Under the pieces are notes generated by a model. It did no database searches. It was given only the letters and a program-made list of their open reading frames with translations, and was not told where the DNA came from. From the NCBI RefSeq assembly GCF_009914755.1, contig NC_060938.1: a DNA stretch of 64,000 nucleotides; one strand, 5' to 3'. The position numbers and the translations under genes are program-made. How positions within the stretch are numbered: position 1 is the stretch's first letter; each line of letters starts with the position of its first letter. This DNA comes from the human T2T-CHM13v2.0 reference genome, Homo sapiens. Shown here one piece after another: positions 23,031 to 50,709 of the stretch.

Positions 23031-25818
23031 TTAGTGACTGAAAATATTGGTCAAAATGATCAGAAACCTCATTCATTTGCATTTTCTCTCTCCCTCTCTC
23101 CAATTACCCTCAAGAGAATTTGGTTCATTCTGAGCATCACAGATGACTTAATTTTGTGGTAAGAAAATAGGAATTAGAGTCAGCCAATTAGGAAACCTCA
23201 AGGAAGAGGAAGTGTCTCTAGGCTAAAGGGAAGGCTGTTGAGTCTTATTTCCTCTCTGTTCTTGACTCACTTTCTTAGTGACTGGCCAATCTCTGCACCT
23301 CCCTTTCCCCACCTTCAGGGAGCTGAGGGTGGGGGTGGGGAATAGAGTGAATAAAGTCTAAATAAAGTTCATAAAGATCCCAAGATGTAGGGAGGTACCA
23401 TGAAATAATTGATCTTGCAGTTCCATCCCCCATCAACATTCATGGGTGAAGGCTGCATGTGTGTGTGACACGATAGGTAAGAATTAGCTGCTTTCCAAAT
23501 TAAGACAGAGTGAGTTTCACTTCTGAATAATAGCAGTGTGCAGTGCAGGCCCATGCAGTACCTATTTGGTTTCATTCTTTACTAGGGATAGATCAAAGCG
23601 AAATAGCCAACAATTCAGGCCTTATTCATCAGTGCGCCCCCTCCTTTCACAAAGAAGCTGAGTTCCAGTCAAATAGTAGGTGGCTTAATTTCACCGTAGT
23701 GGACTTCTATGCCTTTTAAAGTGGGTACAGCATACTCACCTGTTTGAGAGAAGAAGAAACTGAGATTATGGTCACCAAGTAATCTGTGGCAAGGCTCAGA
23801 TTCAAACCCAGTGCTGCTGACACTCAGAGCAGAACCTGACCATTTTCAAAGTTCACAATATGACCGTTCGCTTCTCCCACCCTTCCCCATCTTATTTTTC
23901 ACTGGAACATTTGCTGTTCTCTCAAGCTATGAAGGGCTTCCTGTGTTAACATGCCTAAGGGGAAGCTGTATGTTAAAAACCACCAACGGTTAAGCCCAAG
24001 CCAGCTGGGGTCTTCCGTTGTTTCTTCCAGTATTGTGGGGAGACCCATGAGAATTCTCAGTGTTTTTCAAAGTCCTTGGCTTCCAGAAACAAGAAGCTGA
24101 GCATCGGGTTTTCATTTAAGACAGAGCTTGGAAAAACAAGAAATATCAAAAGCCGTAAGAGGATAATACTGAAGTTATTATAGCTAAAAAACAAGGGTGA
24201 ACTGAAAAGCTAAAGGTTTTGGCTCTATAGAGGGGTTCATGTATAGTTGTATTTAAATGTCCTTTGGGTTGAAGTGATACAAGTTTATTCCCTCTCAAAC
24301 CAAAGGACAGCATTTATTCTGGGGAATGGCTGAGATAATCCAGGCCCAGAACCACACTGACTGGTTAGTAAGGGGATGGCACAGAAGGGAAATGATAGTT
24401 GTGTGACTTCTATGTTGCTAAACACTGTATTGCATCCACCATTGGTTCCAGAGGGTAGAAGAACCACACTAGATGTTACAGACAAGGGGGCAGAGGAGGG
24501 TTGCTTTATTGGAATCTGGGGTTTGAAGGGCTTATGAGAAGCATAACCTCATGTAAGTTGCCTCATGTAAGTCACAGAAGTCACACCCCAAACCACATTT
24601 GGTGCTCCATTTGTCCGTTTCCTTTACCCATAAATTATAGAACTAGAGTAGAGAAAGTACCCTTTTCTCCTCCTCCAACACTCATCCAGAATGACTGAAG
24701 TCCTAGGTAGCCAACCATAGCTACTGGGGTGCAAGAAGAACTGAAGGATCTGAGAAAGACAAAAAAGGGAAAGATACAGAGCCAGGTTCTTGTCCTCAGG
24801 GAGGAAGCTCTGAATTAGTGAAAATCTGGCCAGAGAGCTGGGCAGAGTCCTACGTCCCTTTCTTTACCCAGAACTGCTACATCCCTAGCTCTGTCCTTAT
24901 TACAGCTGTCCTTTGGGGCCCCTTAACATCAGGATACTCCTCTAAGATGCTGTATTGCAAGTGGCCAACTCACAGGGCACTGTGTTTCAACCCCTGCTAA
25001 TATCATATGGAAACACAAATAGGCTTCTTTTTTTTTATTCCCTGGCTCACTGAAACTGCCGGCAGAGCACCTTAAGCTAAGGGCTACATTCTTATCTTGC
25101 CTTTAAACACCATGTGATTCAGCATGTCTGCAGTCTCTGGGAATCTACACTGCCACTTTCTACCTTTGCCTTGTGGGTAACCCTTACCTTCCACCTACCT
25201 CCACCCCCAGGGGAGAATGTGGGCCTTGCCAAACGGAGGCCCCCAGGAGATTTTCCAAGACTCACGAGATGTCAAGTCATCTCTAAATTTTTTCAAAAAA
25301 CCAGAAAGTCATTTCAAAAAGTCTAACTTGATGGCCCCACAGAGAGGAAGATCAAACTTTCCACACAGACACAGCAAGTCTGCCACCCAGGCTTGTGTTA
25401 GAGCTGCAGTATTGGTACCCAGACATTTCTGAAAGCTCCCTGACCCAGGGGAAAGTCCACCTGAGTGAGTAGTTTAGCTGCTGCCCGGAGCCCGTTGGCA
25501 CATATTCACGAAGTCGGCTTCCAGGGGATTTCCCTTTGCAATGGAATTGGCAAACGTTTTGTCTTTCTGAAAGATTTCCCAGAGGAATTCATTTAGCTAT
25601 GTGGAAAAATCTCAAATTCTAATATAAAATCTCTGACCTTTTAGGGTTTTGAAATTTGGATCTCTCATTTACTGACAAATCTTTTTGAATAAAGAAAAAC
25701 AATTAACATAATAGAAAACCTAAACAGTGAGAATGCATATTCAACAAATGATTGGAGTGCTTACCTCAGGCTAGGCACTGTTTGGTATTGAGGATACACT
25801 GGTGAACAAAACAGATGT

Positions 25819-26140
25819 GGCTAGTTGGGCATGGTGGCTCACGCCTGTAATCCCAGCATTTTGGGAGGCCGAGGTAGGCGGATCACTTGAGGCCAGGAGT
25901 TTGAGACCAAACTGGCCAACATGGCAAAACCCTGTCTCTACTAAAAATGCAAAAATTAGCCAGGCGTGGTAGTGCACACCTGTAATTCCAGCTCCTTGGG
26001 AGGCTGAGGCACAAGAATCACTTGAACCCAGGAGACGGAAGTTGCAATGAGCCGAGATCGTGCCACTGCACTCCAGCCTAGGCGACAGAGCGAGGCTCCA
26101 TCTCAAAAAATAAGCCAAAAACAACAACAACAACAACAAA
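25819..26140 (+). mobile_element. AluS inserted in an L2 fragment
   Basis: (CAA)n tail; TSD AAAACAGATGT. Confidence 0.9.
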
Positions 26141-26462
26141 AACAGATGTGGCCACCACCCTCAAGGAGCCTGATTTTTAATCCTAGCTTTCAATTTATGT
26201 TTGTGTTGAAAATGAGGTTGATTCCTTCCAGGAAGTATCCTTTAGAGTATTAAAATATATACACCATCCAAAATCCTATGCCCAGCTTAAATACCATACC
26301 ACAAGAGGGGATGAAGATTTGTTTGAATGTGTGAAATAATTCTCATAGACTGCAGGGTGCGTAATATGTGTGATTTGAAATATCCCATCACAGGCCAGGC
26401 ATGCTGGCTCACACCTGTAATCTCAGCACTTTGGGAGGGCAAGGCAGGAGGACTGCTTAAGC

Positions 26463-26682
26463 CAAGCTTGTCCAACCCATGACCTGCAGGCTGCATGTGG
26501 CCCAGGATGGCTTTCAGTGTGGCCCAACACAAATTTGTAAACATTCTTAAAACATTATGAGATTTTTTTGCAATTTTTTTTTTAGCCCATCACTTATCAT
26601 TAGTGTTAGTGTAGTTTATGTGTGGCTCAAGACAATTCTTCTTCCAATGTGGCCAGGGAAGCCAAAAGATTGGACACTCCTG
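26463..26682 (-). mobile_element. MER30 (hAT-Charlie MITE) inserted in an Alu left monomer (26393-26462 and 26683-26710)
   Basis: Ends CAAGCTTGTCCAA and TTGGACACTCCTG; 8-bp TSD GCTTAAGC/GCTTGAGC. Confidence 0.85.
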
Positions 26683-26922
26683 GCTTGAGCCTAGGAGTTT
26701 GATACCAACTAGTAACTGTCACAAATGAATTTAAATTCAGGTTTAAATAAAAAAGGATGAACTAACTCCCACACCATTAGGGATTCATTCATTCAACTAA
26801 TATTTATTGAGCACTTAATATATGCTGGTTATTGTTCAAGTTGTCTGAGCTGTATCAGTGAACAAAACAAAAATCCTTGCCATCACAGAGGTTAAATTGT
26901 GGGTGGGCATGAGGGACAATAA

Positions 26923-27545
<623 letters not shown>

Positions 27546-28537
27546 GCAGAATAGCAGAGCAGGAACAAATGAAGGCAGAGGGGGAGAAGTATTAAGAAAT
27601 TAAGACTGCTACAAAGTTTTGGCTCTGAAGACTTGGAAAATGTGGTACAAGGGGCAGGAATTCGCTTGAGAGGGAATAGATGAGATAAGGAGTTCTCTTT
27701 CAAACGTGGGGTTTTGAGGTGCCATATGTCTCAATGTGAAAAATATCCCATTGGCAATTAGAGAAGATCCAGTTCCAGAGAAGGGTCCAGCTAGAGACCT
27801 AAATTCAGGAGACATCAGTATAGAGCCAGCTGTTGAGGCTGTGAGACTAAGTTCATCCTCCTAGCAGCCTTACCGAGAACTCTGACTATGCAGGCAAACA
27901 GTAGGAATTACAGTATACCAGGCTCTTTCAGAGTCTGAGAAGACAAAAGTCTTCAAAAGGTCAAGAGGAGTTGGTCCTGAGAGTAGGGACCTGAACCAGA
28001 AGCAAGGGAAAACTTTTATCAGTCCACTTGGGAACTAGCCAGTGCTGGAAAGTACCCTTTGTGCCAGAGATGCTGTATGCATTTACCGTTTTCTTAACCA
28101 TGTTTCAGTTTGGGATTTTTTAGATTAATAAAATAGAAATTAATTTTTAAAAACACTTGAGAAATTGGAATTCCCTTATGAAGGTCTTAGAACATTTTTT
28201 CTTTAAAATAGAAAGTTAGTTTAGGAAATACATTAAAGGAGTAAGAATCCCTACTTCAGTATTACAGCAGGCATTACAGTGCCACAAACATTAGTGTATC
28301 TTGCCTTCCTTGTACACAAACCATCTTTATCTGGGGAGAAAAACAACTATCCTAACATTATGTTTTGCATTTTGTATTCATTAAATGGGAGTGTGCCTTG
28401 GGGAAAGTCAAAATAGGCACAAATTTGCGATTTGAAAAGCCACCTGCTCTTCTCCCGGAGCTACCTCGCCAGCTTGGAATTACTCTCATTAATCCATGCA
28501 ACACTAGCTGCTCTAAGCCCCATCCCCTCAGCTCTAG

Positions 28538-29455
<918 letters not shown>

Positions 29456-29799
29456 GACTAAAAATTGTCGGGGCTGCTGGCCAAAAGAAGATCTTGCCTG
29501 GCTGTCAGAAAATAATGTTCTTTCCAGCGGCTGCTTGAACCCGCTTCCTTCAGTGCCTAAATTTAACGGCTGCAGCTGCAGCTGCAACCTGTTTCCCCCG
29601 TAATAGGAATGAAAGTGGAGGATAAAAGAGGTTAGGAAGAAGGCAAGCCAGCAGTCTGACCAGACACAGGATGCATGTAAGAGACTTGTTAATTACACGT
29701 TCTATTTAGGTCACACTGATAGGCAAATCGCTATTCTGGGCCCCCAGGAAGCCTTTTCGTCCTTGCTATAGTCAATTCATTCTCCAGATGAAAGCCTGA

Positions 29800-30450
<651 letters not shown>

Positions 30451-31644
30451 TTCAGTTATTGTATTCTGTCCTGGCCAGGCACAAGGTCTGTTTCTAAAGG
30501 GTAATTGATTCCTTAACGTCTCAACTAAAATGCCTCCTCTCCGTTTTCCTTTGTTTGCAGCATGGACTTCTGTGGTTAATTCCACACAGGCACTCGAAGC
30601 CTGCTATATACCAGACACTGCTAGTCCTAGGAGATACAAATGTGAATGTTACACCCTCTTCTATACTGAAGCTCACAGCTTAGAGTGACAGATACGTTAA
30701 ACAAACGGATAAAAAAAATTAAAAGTGCCAATTTACAAATATCTACAGAGTTCAAGACATCTTTGGGAATCTGATAGAATGAGTGACTCAATTCTAGAGC
30801 TGCTCTTGAGATTGGCATCCCCTTTTTACCCACATCTGTTTGAATGCTCCTGTAATTTAAATGCCGATTCTGAGTTGTAGATGAGGTACTGTGTACTAGT
30901 TTACTGAAGAACACCTGTAGTGGAAAGAAACTATCAGTTACTCGGAATAGTAATGTATTGCGCTGAAACGGTGTCAAGGTTTAGGTTATGATTATAAGCC
31001 AGACCCTTGATCTCTTACCATAGAGAATTTAGTGTCAGGAGGGCTTGATTTACATCTGGTCCGTGATGGTTTTATTTTTGAATGAGTTTAGTGGCTCCGT
31101 GTCTTGCACAGTAATATAATCATCTGTGCTTGGAATCATAAGGAGAGAGTTGGTCTGTAAATGAGGTTCTCTTCACCTGTAAATTTTAGAAATAGAGTTA
31201 AAGATAACTTGGAATGAAACTGCTCAGTGTATTACTGCATAGTGTATATAATGTAGCAAGAAACATCTTGTTGGATAATTCAGTAGCCCTTTTAATTTAT
31301 CCCCAATTGAAAAACATGATTAAAGATAGAACAAAGAGATAACTGTATCCTCAAAGAATTTTCATTTATTGTATTAAATTCCTGAGTTTTAATTAATTTT
31401 CGTATATTAGACTACTGCTTTCAGCGTTCCATTCGTGATTTTTAATATGTGAACAGGAAAAGTCACTCTGAGACCTTTACTTTGTTTCTATATACTGTAT
31501 TGTGAAGTCCAGCCATAAAGCATAATCGTTAATGCTTCCCAGATTTGGTGAGTGGAAAGGCTGAACACAGTGTCATTGTGATGGTTTTAAAAGATTTGGA
31601 AGAGAACATCTATCTGAAAACAAGTTCATTATCTAGACAGAATG

Positions 31645-35124
<3,480 letters not shown>

Positions 35125-35787
35125 GTTTTTTAATAACTCATAGAATATGTATCTCTCAATTCATTTTTATTTTTCAAGCCCACGTTTATATGGGAGAAAA
35201 TCATATTTACATCCCGAAACTCTACAGCATTCTAAACAAAATTATGGGTGGAAAAAGTCTTGAGTTACATTTCTAATAATTGGTAGGACCTCAGAATCAC
35301 CTGTAAATGCTTTGCAACACCTGATGAGTGACATAAAGGGAATATATATCTCTGCTGTTGTTCTCACAGCCTGAGCTGTGTACAGTGTGAGCCATTGTCT
35401 TGCATCGTGTGCCTGTCCTGAACATTTTGCCACCGTGCCTTTTATGTTTAGCCACTGTATTTTTCTAGTATACAAATGAATCCCAGAGAAATTGAGGAAG
35501 TGTTGGGGAAAATGGTAGGGAAGGAAACAAAGCAAATAAGATATTACTATGGAAATGACATTTCTACATACAAAATAACTGTTGATACCATTTTGTTTGA
35601 GCAAGGAAGCAATTTACTTCCTAACCTAATGGTTTGTTGTTGGGTTCAACCATGAAACTGCTGGTCTTTGACTAATTTTTAACCTGTAAAAATGGCAGTT
35701 TCGTGTGGTTCAATCTAATACTTAGGTATTTTACTGTGTATTTAAGATTTAGAAAATTGGGGGCTTGGAGTCGAGTTTAATGCATTA

Positions 35788-39281
<3,494 letters not shown>

Positions 39282-39807
39282 TCTATATAAAGAACGAGGG
39301 CCCCCTTAATGAATCCTGGCAAATTCACAGGTGCATTCTCTGTTGAGAAGCATTTTTTATATGTAAAATGTTTTTTATTTTGTGAGACAAAAGTTTATGT
39401 GGTAGGGAAGATACTCTTTTGTGGCTTTTACCTTTTGCATTATTTAAGCAATAAGCATGTATTCATTTATTTAGTTCAGGGATGACAGACACAAATGCTT
39501 ACACAGACCAGATAAGTAATGCCAGTGAGTAAAACAGGCTGAGTGAAAGATAACAGGAAATGGTGGGACCTGTGGAAAACTGCAAAACACCTGCTCAGCT
39601 TAGGTGATTTTTTTTTTCTTTGTGGCCAGTTGCTACGTGGGATTGAAGATCAAGTGTTACTAGAATTTTTTTTTTTCTAGGAAAAAATCACATCTCTAAA
39701 GACCCTCTGCCTGCTTTTGCCATATAAGGTAACATTCACAGGTTCCAGGGACTAGGACATAGATATATTTTGGGGATGCATTTACCAACCTACCAGAGGG
39801 TTAATGA

Positions 39808-40002
<195 letters not shown>

Positions 40003-40069
40003 TAGTGGTGTTTAAACAACACACACTTATTATGTCATAGTTTCTTTATGTTTTTCATTTGTTTTTCTC

Positions 40070-41290
40070 TGTTTTCAAAATTTTTTCTATTTTTGGTTTT
40101 CAGACATTGGACCATAATGAATCTATATGTGATTTTCTGTTTTCATTTTGCTTGGAGTTTTCTGAGGTTCTTTAATCTGAAATTTTTTTGTCTTTTGCCA
40201 TATTTTTAACATTTTTAGCCATTATTTCTTCAGATTTTGTTTTCCGATTCTTTGCTCTCCATATAGGACTCCAGTTGTACATATCTTACACATTTTGATG
40301 TAGACCCACAGATTCGTTGTTTTTTTCAACTATTTTTTCTGCCTTTTTAAGATTGGATCATTTGATGCATTTTCATATTCACTCACTCTTTCCTTTCTCA
40401 TCTCCATTCTACAGTTACGTCCATTTGGTGAATTTTTAAATTTTACGTATTATATTTTTCAGTTCTACAATTTCCTTTTGCTTCTTTCATTTTTTCTTTG
40501 CTGAGATTTCCTATCATTTTTCATTTTGAGAACATTTTCCATCATGTCATTGAGCATAGTTATAATGGTTGTTTTTAATTCTTTGCTAATACAGCAACAT
40601 CTGGGTCGTCTCAGGATTGTTCTTTTTGAGAATTAAACACAATATTCCTGGTTTTTGTTGTTTGGTTTTGGTTTTGGTTTTTTAGTTTGACTTGATTTGT
40701 TTTTTGGTATATTGAGAGTTCCGGATTGTATCCTGGACATTTATGAATGTTATTTTATGAAGACTGTGGATTCTGTTATATTTCTCCAAAGAGTATTGAC
40801 TTGTTTTGTTCTAATAGGCAGTTAATTTGGTTATTCTCAAGCTACAAAGTCTGTCTCTTGGGTGGCATCTTAAATCTCACTCGGTTTCTTTTATCCTTAA
40901 CTAGGCCGCTTGGAGTCTGCCTTGTGTGTGTTGTTATGGAATCTGCTAGAGATTTGGGCAGTGTTTATATATAGAAGTTGGGACTCTCACTCTCTAGTGC
41001 TCTGGTTTCTCTCCCTTGTTTTCTGGCAGCTATTGTTACCCCAAACTGTTCTCTAGTTCTTCAGGCCAAAAAGACTGAGTTTTCTGTGGGAGTTCAGCCT
41101 TTACTGCTCTCAGATTATGAGCCACAAAAATGGGAAACTCAACTCATGCCATTCCTTTCTCCCAACTGTTGACTTCCCCTCTAGAATCTGACTTTGTGGT
41201 GTCTTTAGGTAGTTGTTGTTTTGTTTAGAGTTAGTACTTTTTATTTGTGGAGGGCTGATCTGATAGAAGCTTTATTAGCCATATCAGGAT
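40070..41290 (-). mobile_element. Old L1M (antisense) remnant
   Basis: T-rich, with L1 5'/ORF1-like antisense motifs ('ttttcagttctacaatttcc', 'caacatctgggtcgtctcagg'). Confidence 0.6.
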
Positions 41291-41319
41291 CAGAATCAAG
41301 AAGCACTTTGAAAGTTGTA

Positions 41320-42047
41320 CAGCTAGTCCTCCATATTCAACCCATATTCATGGGTTCATCATCCATGGATTCAACCAGCTGCAGATCATAAATATTCAGG
41401 GAAAAAATTGCTCCTGTACTGAACATGTACAGATTTTTTTCTTGTCATTATTCGCTAAACAATGTAGTATAACAACTATTTAGCATTTACATTGTATTAG
41501 CTAGTGTAGTGTAAGCTAGAGATAATTTCTTTCTTTTTTTTTTTTTAAACGGAGTCTCACTCATTGTATTAGCTCGTGTAGTGTAAGCTAGAGATAATTT
41601 CTTTCTTTTTTTTTTAGACGGAGTCTCGCTCTGTAGCCCAGGCTGGAGTGTAGTGGTGCAATCTCAGCTCACTGCAACCTCCACCTCCCAGGTTCCAGCG
41701 ATTTTCCTGCCTCAGCCTCCTGAGTAGCTGGGATTACAGGCACCTGCCACCATGTCTGGCTAATTTTTGTATTTTTAATAGAGATGCGGTTTCACCATGT
41801 CGGCCAGGATGGTCTTGAACTCCTGACTTCAGGTGATCTGCCTGTCTCTGCCTCCCAAAGTGCTGGGATTACAGGTGTCAGCCACCACGCCTGGCCAAGC
41901 TAGGGATAATTTCAAGTATACAGGAGGATATACATAGGCGATGTGCAAATACTGTGCCATTTTATATCAGAGACTTGAGTTTCTGTGGATTTTGGAATCC
42001 ATGGGAGGTCCTAGAACCAATCCCCACAAATAGCGAGGCACCAGCTA
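41320..42047 (-). mobile_element. MER2 interrupted by an antisense AluS (41600-41896) and a junction duplication
   Basis: Reverse complement of the 10372 element; TSD AAGCTAG(A/G)GATAATTT. Confidence 0.85.
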
Positions 42048-42072
42048 CATTTTAGAAGTTATTTGTAGTGTA

Positions 42073-45372
<3,300 letters not shown>

Positions 45373-45596
45373 CTTTATTGGAAATTGGGTGCATCAGCTT
45401 AATGAAAATAATTTCAGTAAAATGAAAATGGAAGAAATGGAGTTGGTTTAACTGTGACTTGTGGTCATTATTATTATTTTGACTTTGCACATCCTGGAAT
45501 GCTATATGAGCATTCTGTGTTCATGTAGCTCTTTCTCATTCTTTTTAATGACTATTATTTCATTGCAAGAATCTACAGTAATTTATTCCAACTTAA

Positions 45597-45752
<156 letters not shown>

Positions 45753-45764
45753 TAAGAATTTTTC

Positions 45765-46078
<314 letters not shown>

Positions 46079-46538
46079 ATTTTTCATGGGTTTGTAGAAA
46101 AGTGTATTTTTATATACAAATATTAACATAATCTTGCTTTGACCCTGCTTTCCTGTCATCCAAGAAGTGTCTATTGAACGTCTATATACAGTTCAGCTGT
46201 GTGGACAGAATTAACTTATTAAACTTCATGGCGTGATTATAAGCATAACGGTGTTTCTAAGTCTTTTGTCTTTGGGGACCTTGAGACAAATTTTTATTAA
46301 GCTATTGCTTGTCCACAGGAAAAGTATCATCTAGAAAAGGTAAATAGAGCCCCTCGAAACTAAAATTGATTTTAACTATAAAATGATCAGAAGACATTTA
46401 TTATACAGTTTATTTTTATGGTTCCATAGTATTGTTTTCTCCAAGAAGCAGGGCAAATTAAAAACATAATTTTTTTTATAACTACACAGAAACCTGTATG
46501 TTTTTTAAAAAATTATCTTTGTTTATTTTGTTTATTAG

Positions 46539-46620
46539 GACAAATTATTGGATTCCAGCACAGTGACTCACTTATTCAAGATAACTGAAAACATTGGTTG
46601 TGTGATGACCGGAATGACAG
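46539..46620 (+). CDS. PSMA6: PSMA6 exon 3, DKLLDSSTVTHLFKITENIGCVMTGMT(A)
   Basis: tattag| acceptor, CAG|gtaatt donor; 82 nt. Confidence 0.97.
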
Positions 46621-46992
46621 GTAATTAATCTGTAGATATACAAGACATCTGTAGATATACAAGCCTTTTGTTATTTTCTTCAAATTATTTTGAGTTTTGT
46701 ATTAATTTTAAACTTATTGCCTGATTTTCAAGTGCCATGAGTGGATTTGCAGTCTTCTAAGACTAGTATCAATATTTTAAGAGTATTGTGAGCTTTTTTG
46801 AAATTATACCTATAATAGAATTAGATGCTTATGCTGCTGTCGGAGAAACTGGGCTGAGGGCCCTTTCATAGATGATTTTATCTTATTTCAGCTATAGTTA
46901 GTAGTTTAAGGGGACCTAACTCAGTATATCTCAAACCTGGTAATAATGGCATCGGTTAGAAGTGAGTGAGAATTATTATGAAAATTATTTTA

Positions 46993-48065
<1,073 letters not shown>

Positions 48066-48362
48066 TCCTTAATGCTTTTTCTTTTGGGAGTTACTGGATA
48101 CTTGCAGAAACTATTTTGACTGCTGATGAAAGGCTCAGTATAAAAGGGGAGTACTGTGTAGAGAGCTTCATGTTTTTAAATTTTTTTCATATACTTGTTG
48201 ATGAGTTATTTAGTATTCATTGGGGGAGAAAAAGCCGTAGCGGACCCTTTCTCTTTAACTCATGTATGTCTATATGGTGGGAAAATTGCCTGGCTAAATT
48301 GCCTGGCTTTCAGGTTTGTTCTTTCCTTCTAACCAGGTAAATCTTTGTTTTTTATGCTATAA

Positions 48363-48545
<183 letters not shown>

Positions 48546-49625
48546 TAATTGATGAATTGAAACTTTTTACAGAACATGTATACAGAATTATTTAAATAAC
48601 ACTTGAGTTCTGAACATGTGGTTTGGAAAATACATAGAGTGGGAAAATCTTTATAATAAATCAGAACTAAAGGATAGGTTTCACAACAGTATGTCGGGCA
48701 TTATCTTTAAGCTTTAGATGCTGTTAGACTTTTTATCAAAGTATTTCCATTTGGTGTATGTGATTTGAAAGATGCAAGTCCTCATTATTAGGATGTTGTA
48801 ATGAGGTTCTACTGCAATTCGAGATTACTAATTCCATAGAAATACCTGCATCAGGCATCTTAATAATGTAGCTGTTTGTTTTGACCACCCTAAAGAATTA
48901 GGGTCACACACAGGTGTGTAATTCACATTTTTAGAATAAATTTCTATTTTTGAAAACAAGTAAAATTGTATTGGGAGAGGGATGAGATTTACTGATTTTT
49001 AGATGTGATGTAATAAATTAGCCTGAAAAATTCAGTGCATGTTTGTTTCTGACATTGTGTCATTCATTTATGAGCATTAAAGCAGTCAGTGTAATGATTT
49101 CTGTTTAGCATCTGACCCTCTTGACTTCTCACTTAAAAATTACTTAAATCATATTCATCTTGCAAGACCTTGAAGGAAAGAAGTATTTGTTGTTTCCCCA
49201 AGCAGTAAGTGGGTACTTTTTTGTGTTGCCCTTATATTTTGTATATATCAAATATAAGAAAGCAGTCAAACCATTAAGTACTTTGTTACCTGTTCTACTG
49301 AGTAGAAAGAAATTTAATGATGGTGTTTATTTTAATTGTATTCCTATAATATGGTAACATTAGAATTGTAGTAACAAAGTTACATGTATAGAATTTAGAG
49401 CTTGGTTTGTGTGACTTACTAGAGGAGTATATACCAACAGTAATGAAGATGGGCAGTGTAAAGGTGAGCAGGTAGCCTGTAAGTGTATTTCAGTTTGTGC
49501 CAGCATTCCCAAAGTGTGTCCCATACACTGTTCCCTGGAACCTTAATAGGTATTTCTATTTTAAAAAAAAAGTATTTCTTGGTCAAACAAACAGAAGAAC
49601 TACTGAGTTAAAGTTAAATAGGTCA

Positions 49626-49907
<282 letters not shown>

Positions 49908-49942
49908 TCACAAGGTCAGGAGATCAAGACCAGTCCTGGCTA

Positions 49943-50191
<249 letters not shown>

Positions 50192-50469
50192 TCAAATAAA
50201 CATGCTTGGATAACAGCAAGGATTGGAAACACTATTTTTAAATTGTATTTGTAATTATTCAAACTATTTTTTTTAATCTGTGATAAATCCTTTTGTGAAA
50301 TGGGAATTTACCTGTTACCTAATTTACCTGTGGTGATAACCTGTATTTTATCAGTTTTCTTAAAGGAAAATACATATCCTAAAATTGATGGCCAAAGTCA
50401 TGATTAGCAGCAGCTATGTGACACCACCAAGAAAGAGGAGATGTCATTGTATAAAGCTAAAACATTTAA

Positions 50470-50709
<240 letters not shown>

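Noticed and set aside
24547-24572. 12-bp direct repeat CCTCATGTAAGT x2 (similar short repeats at 12681-12700 and 50305-50331)
   Set aside because: Ordinary slippage duplications with no spacer-array structure.
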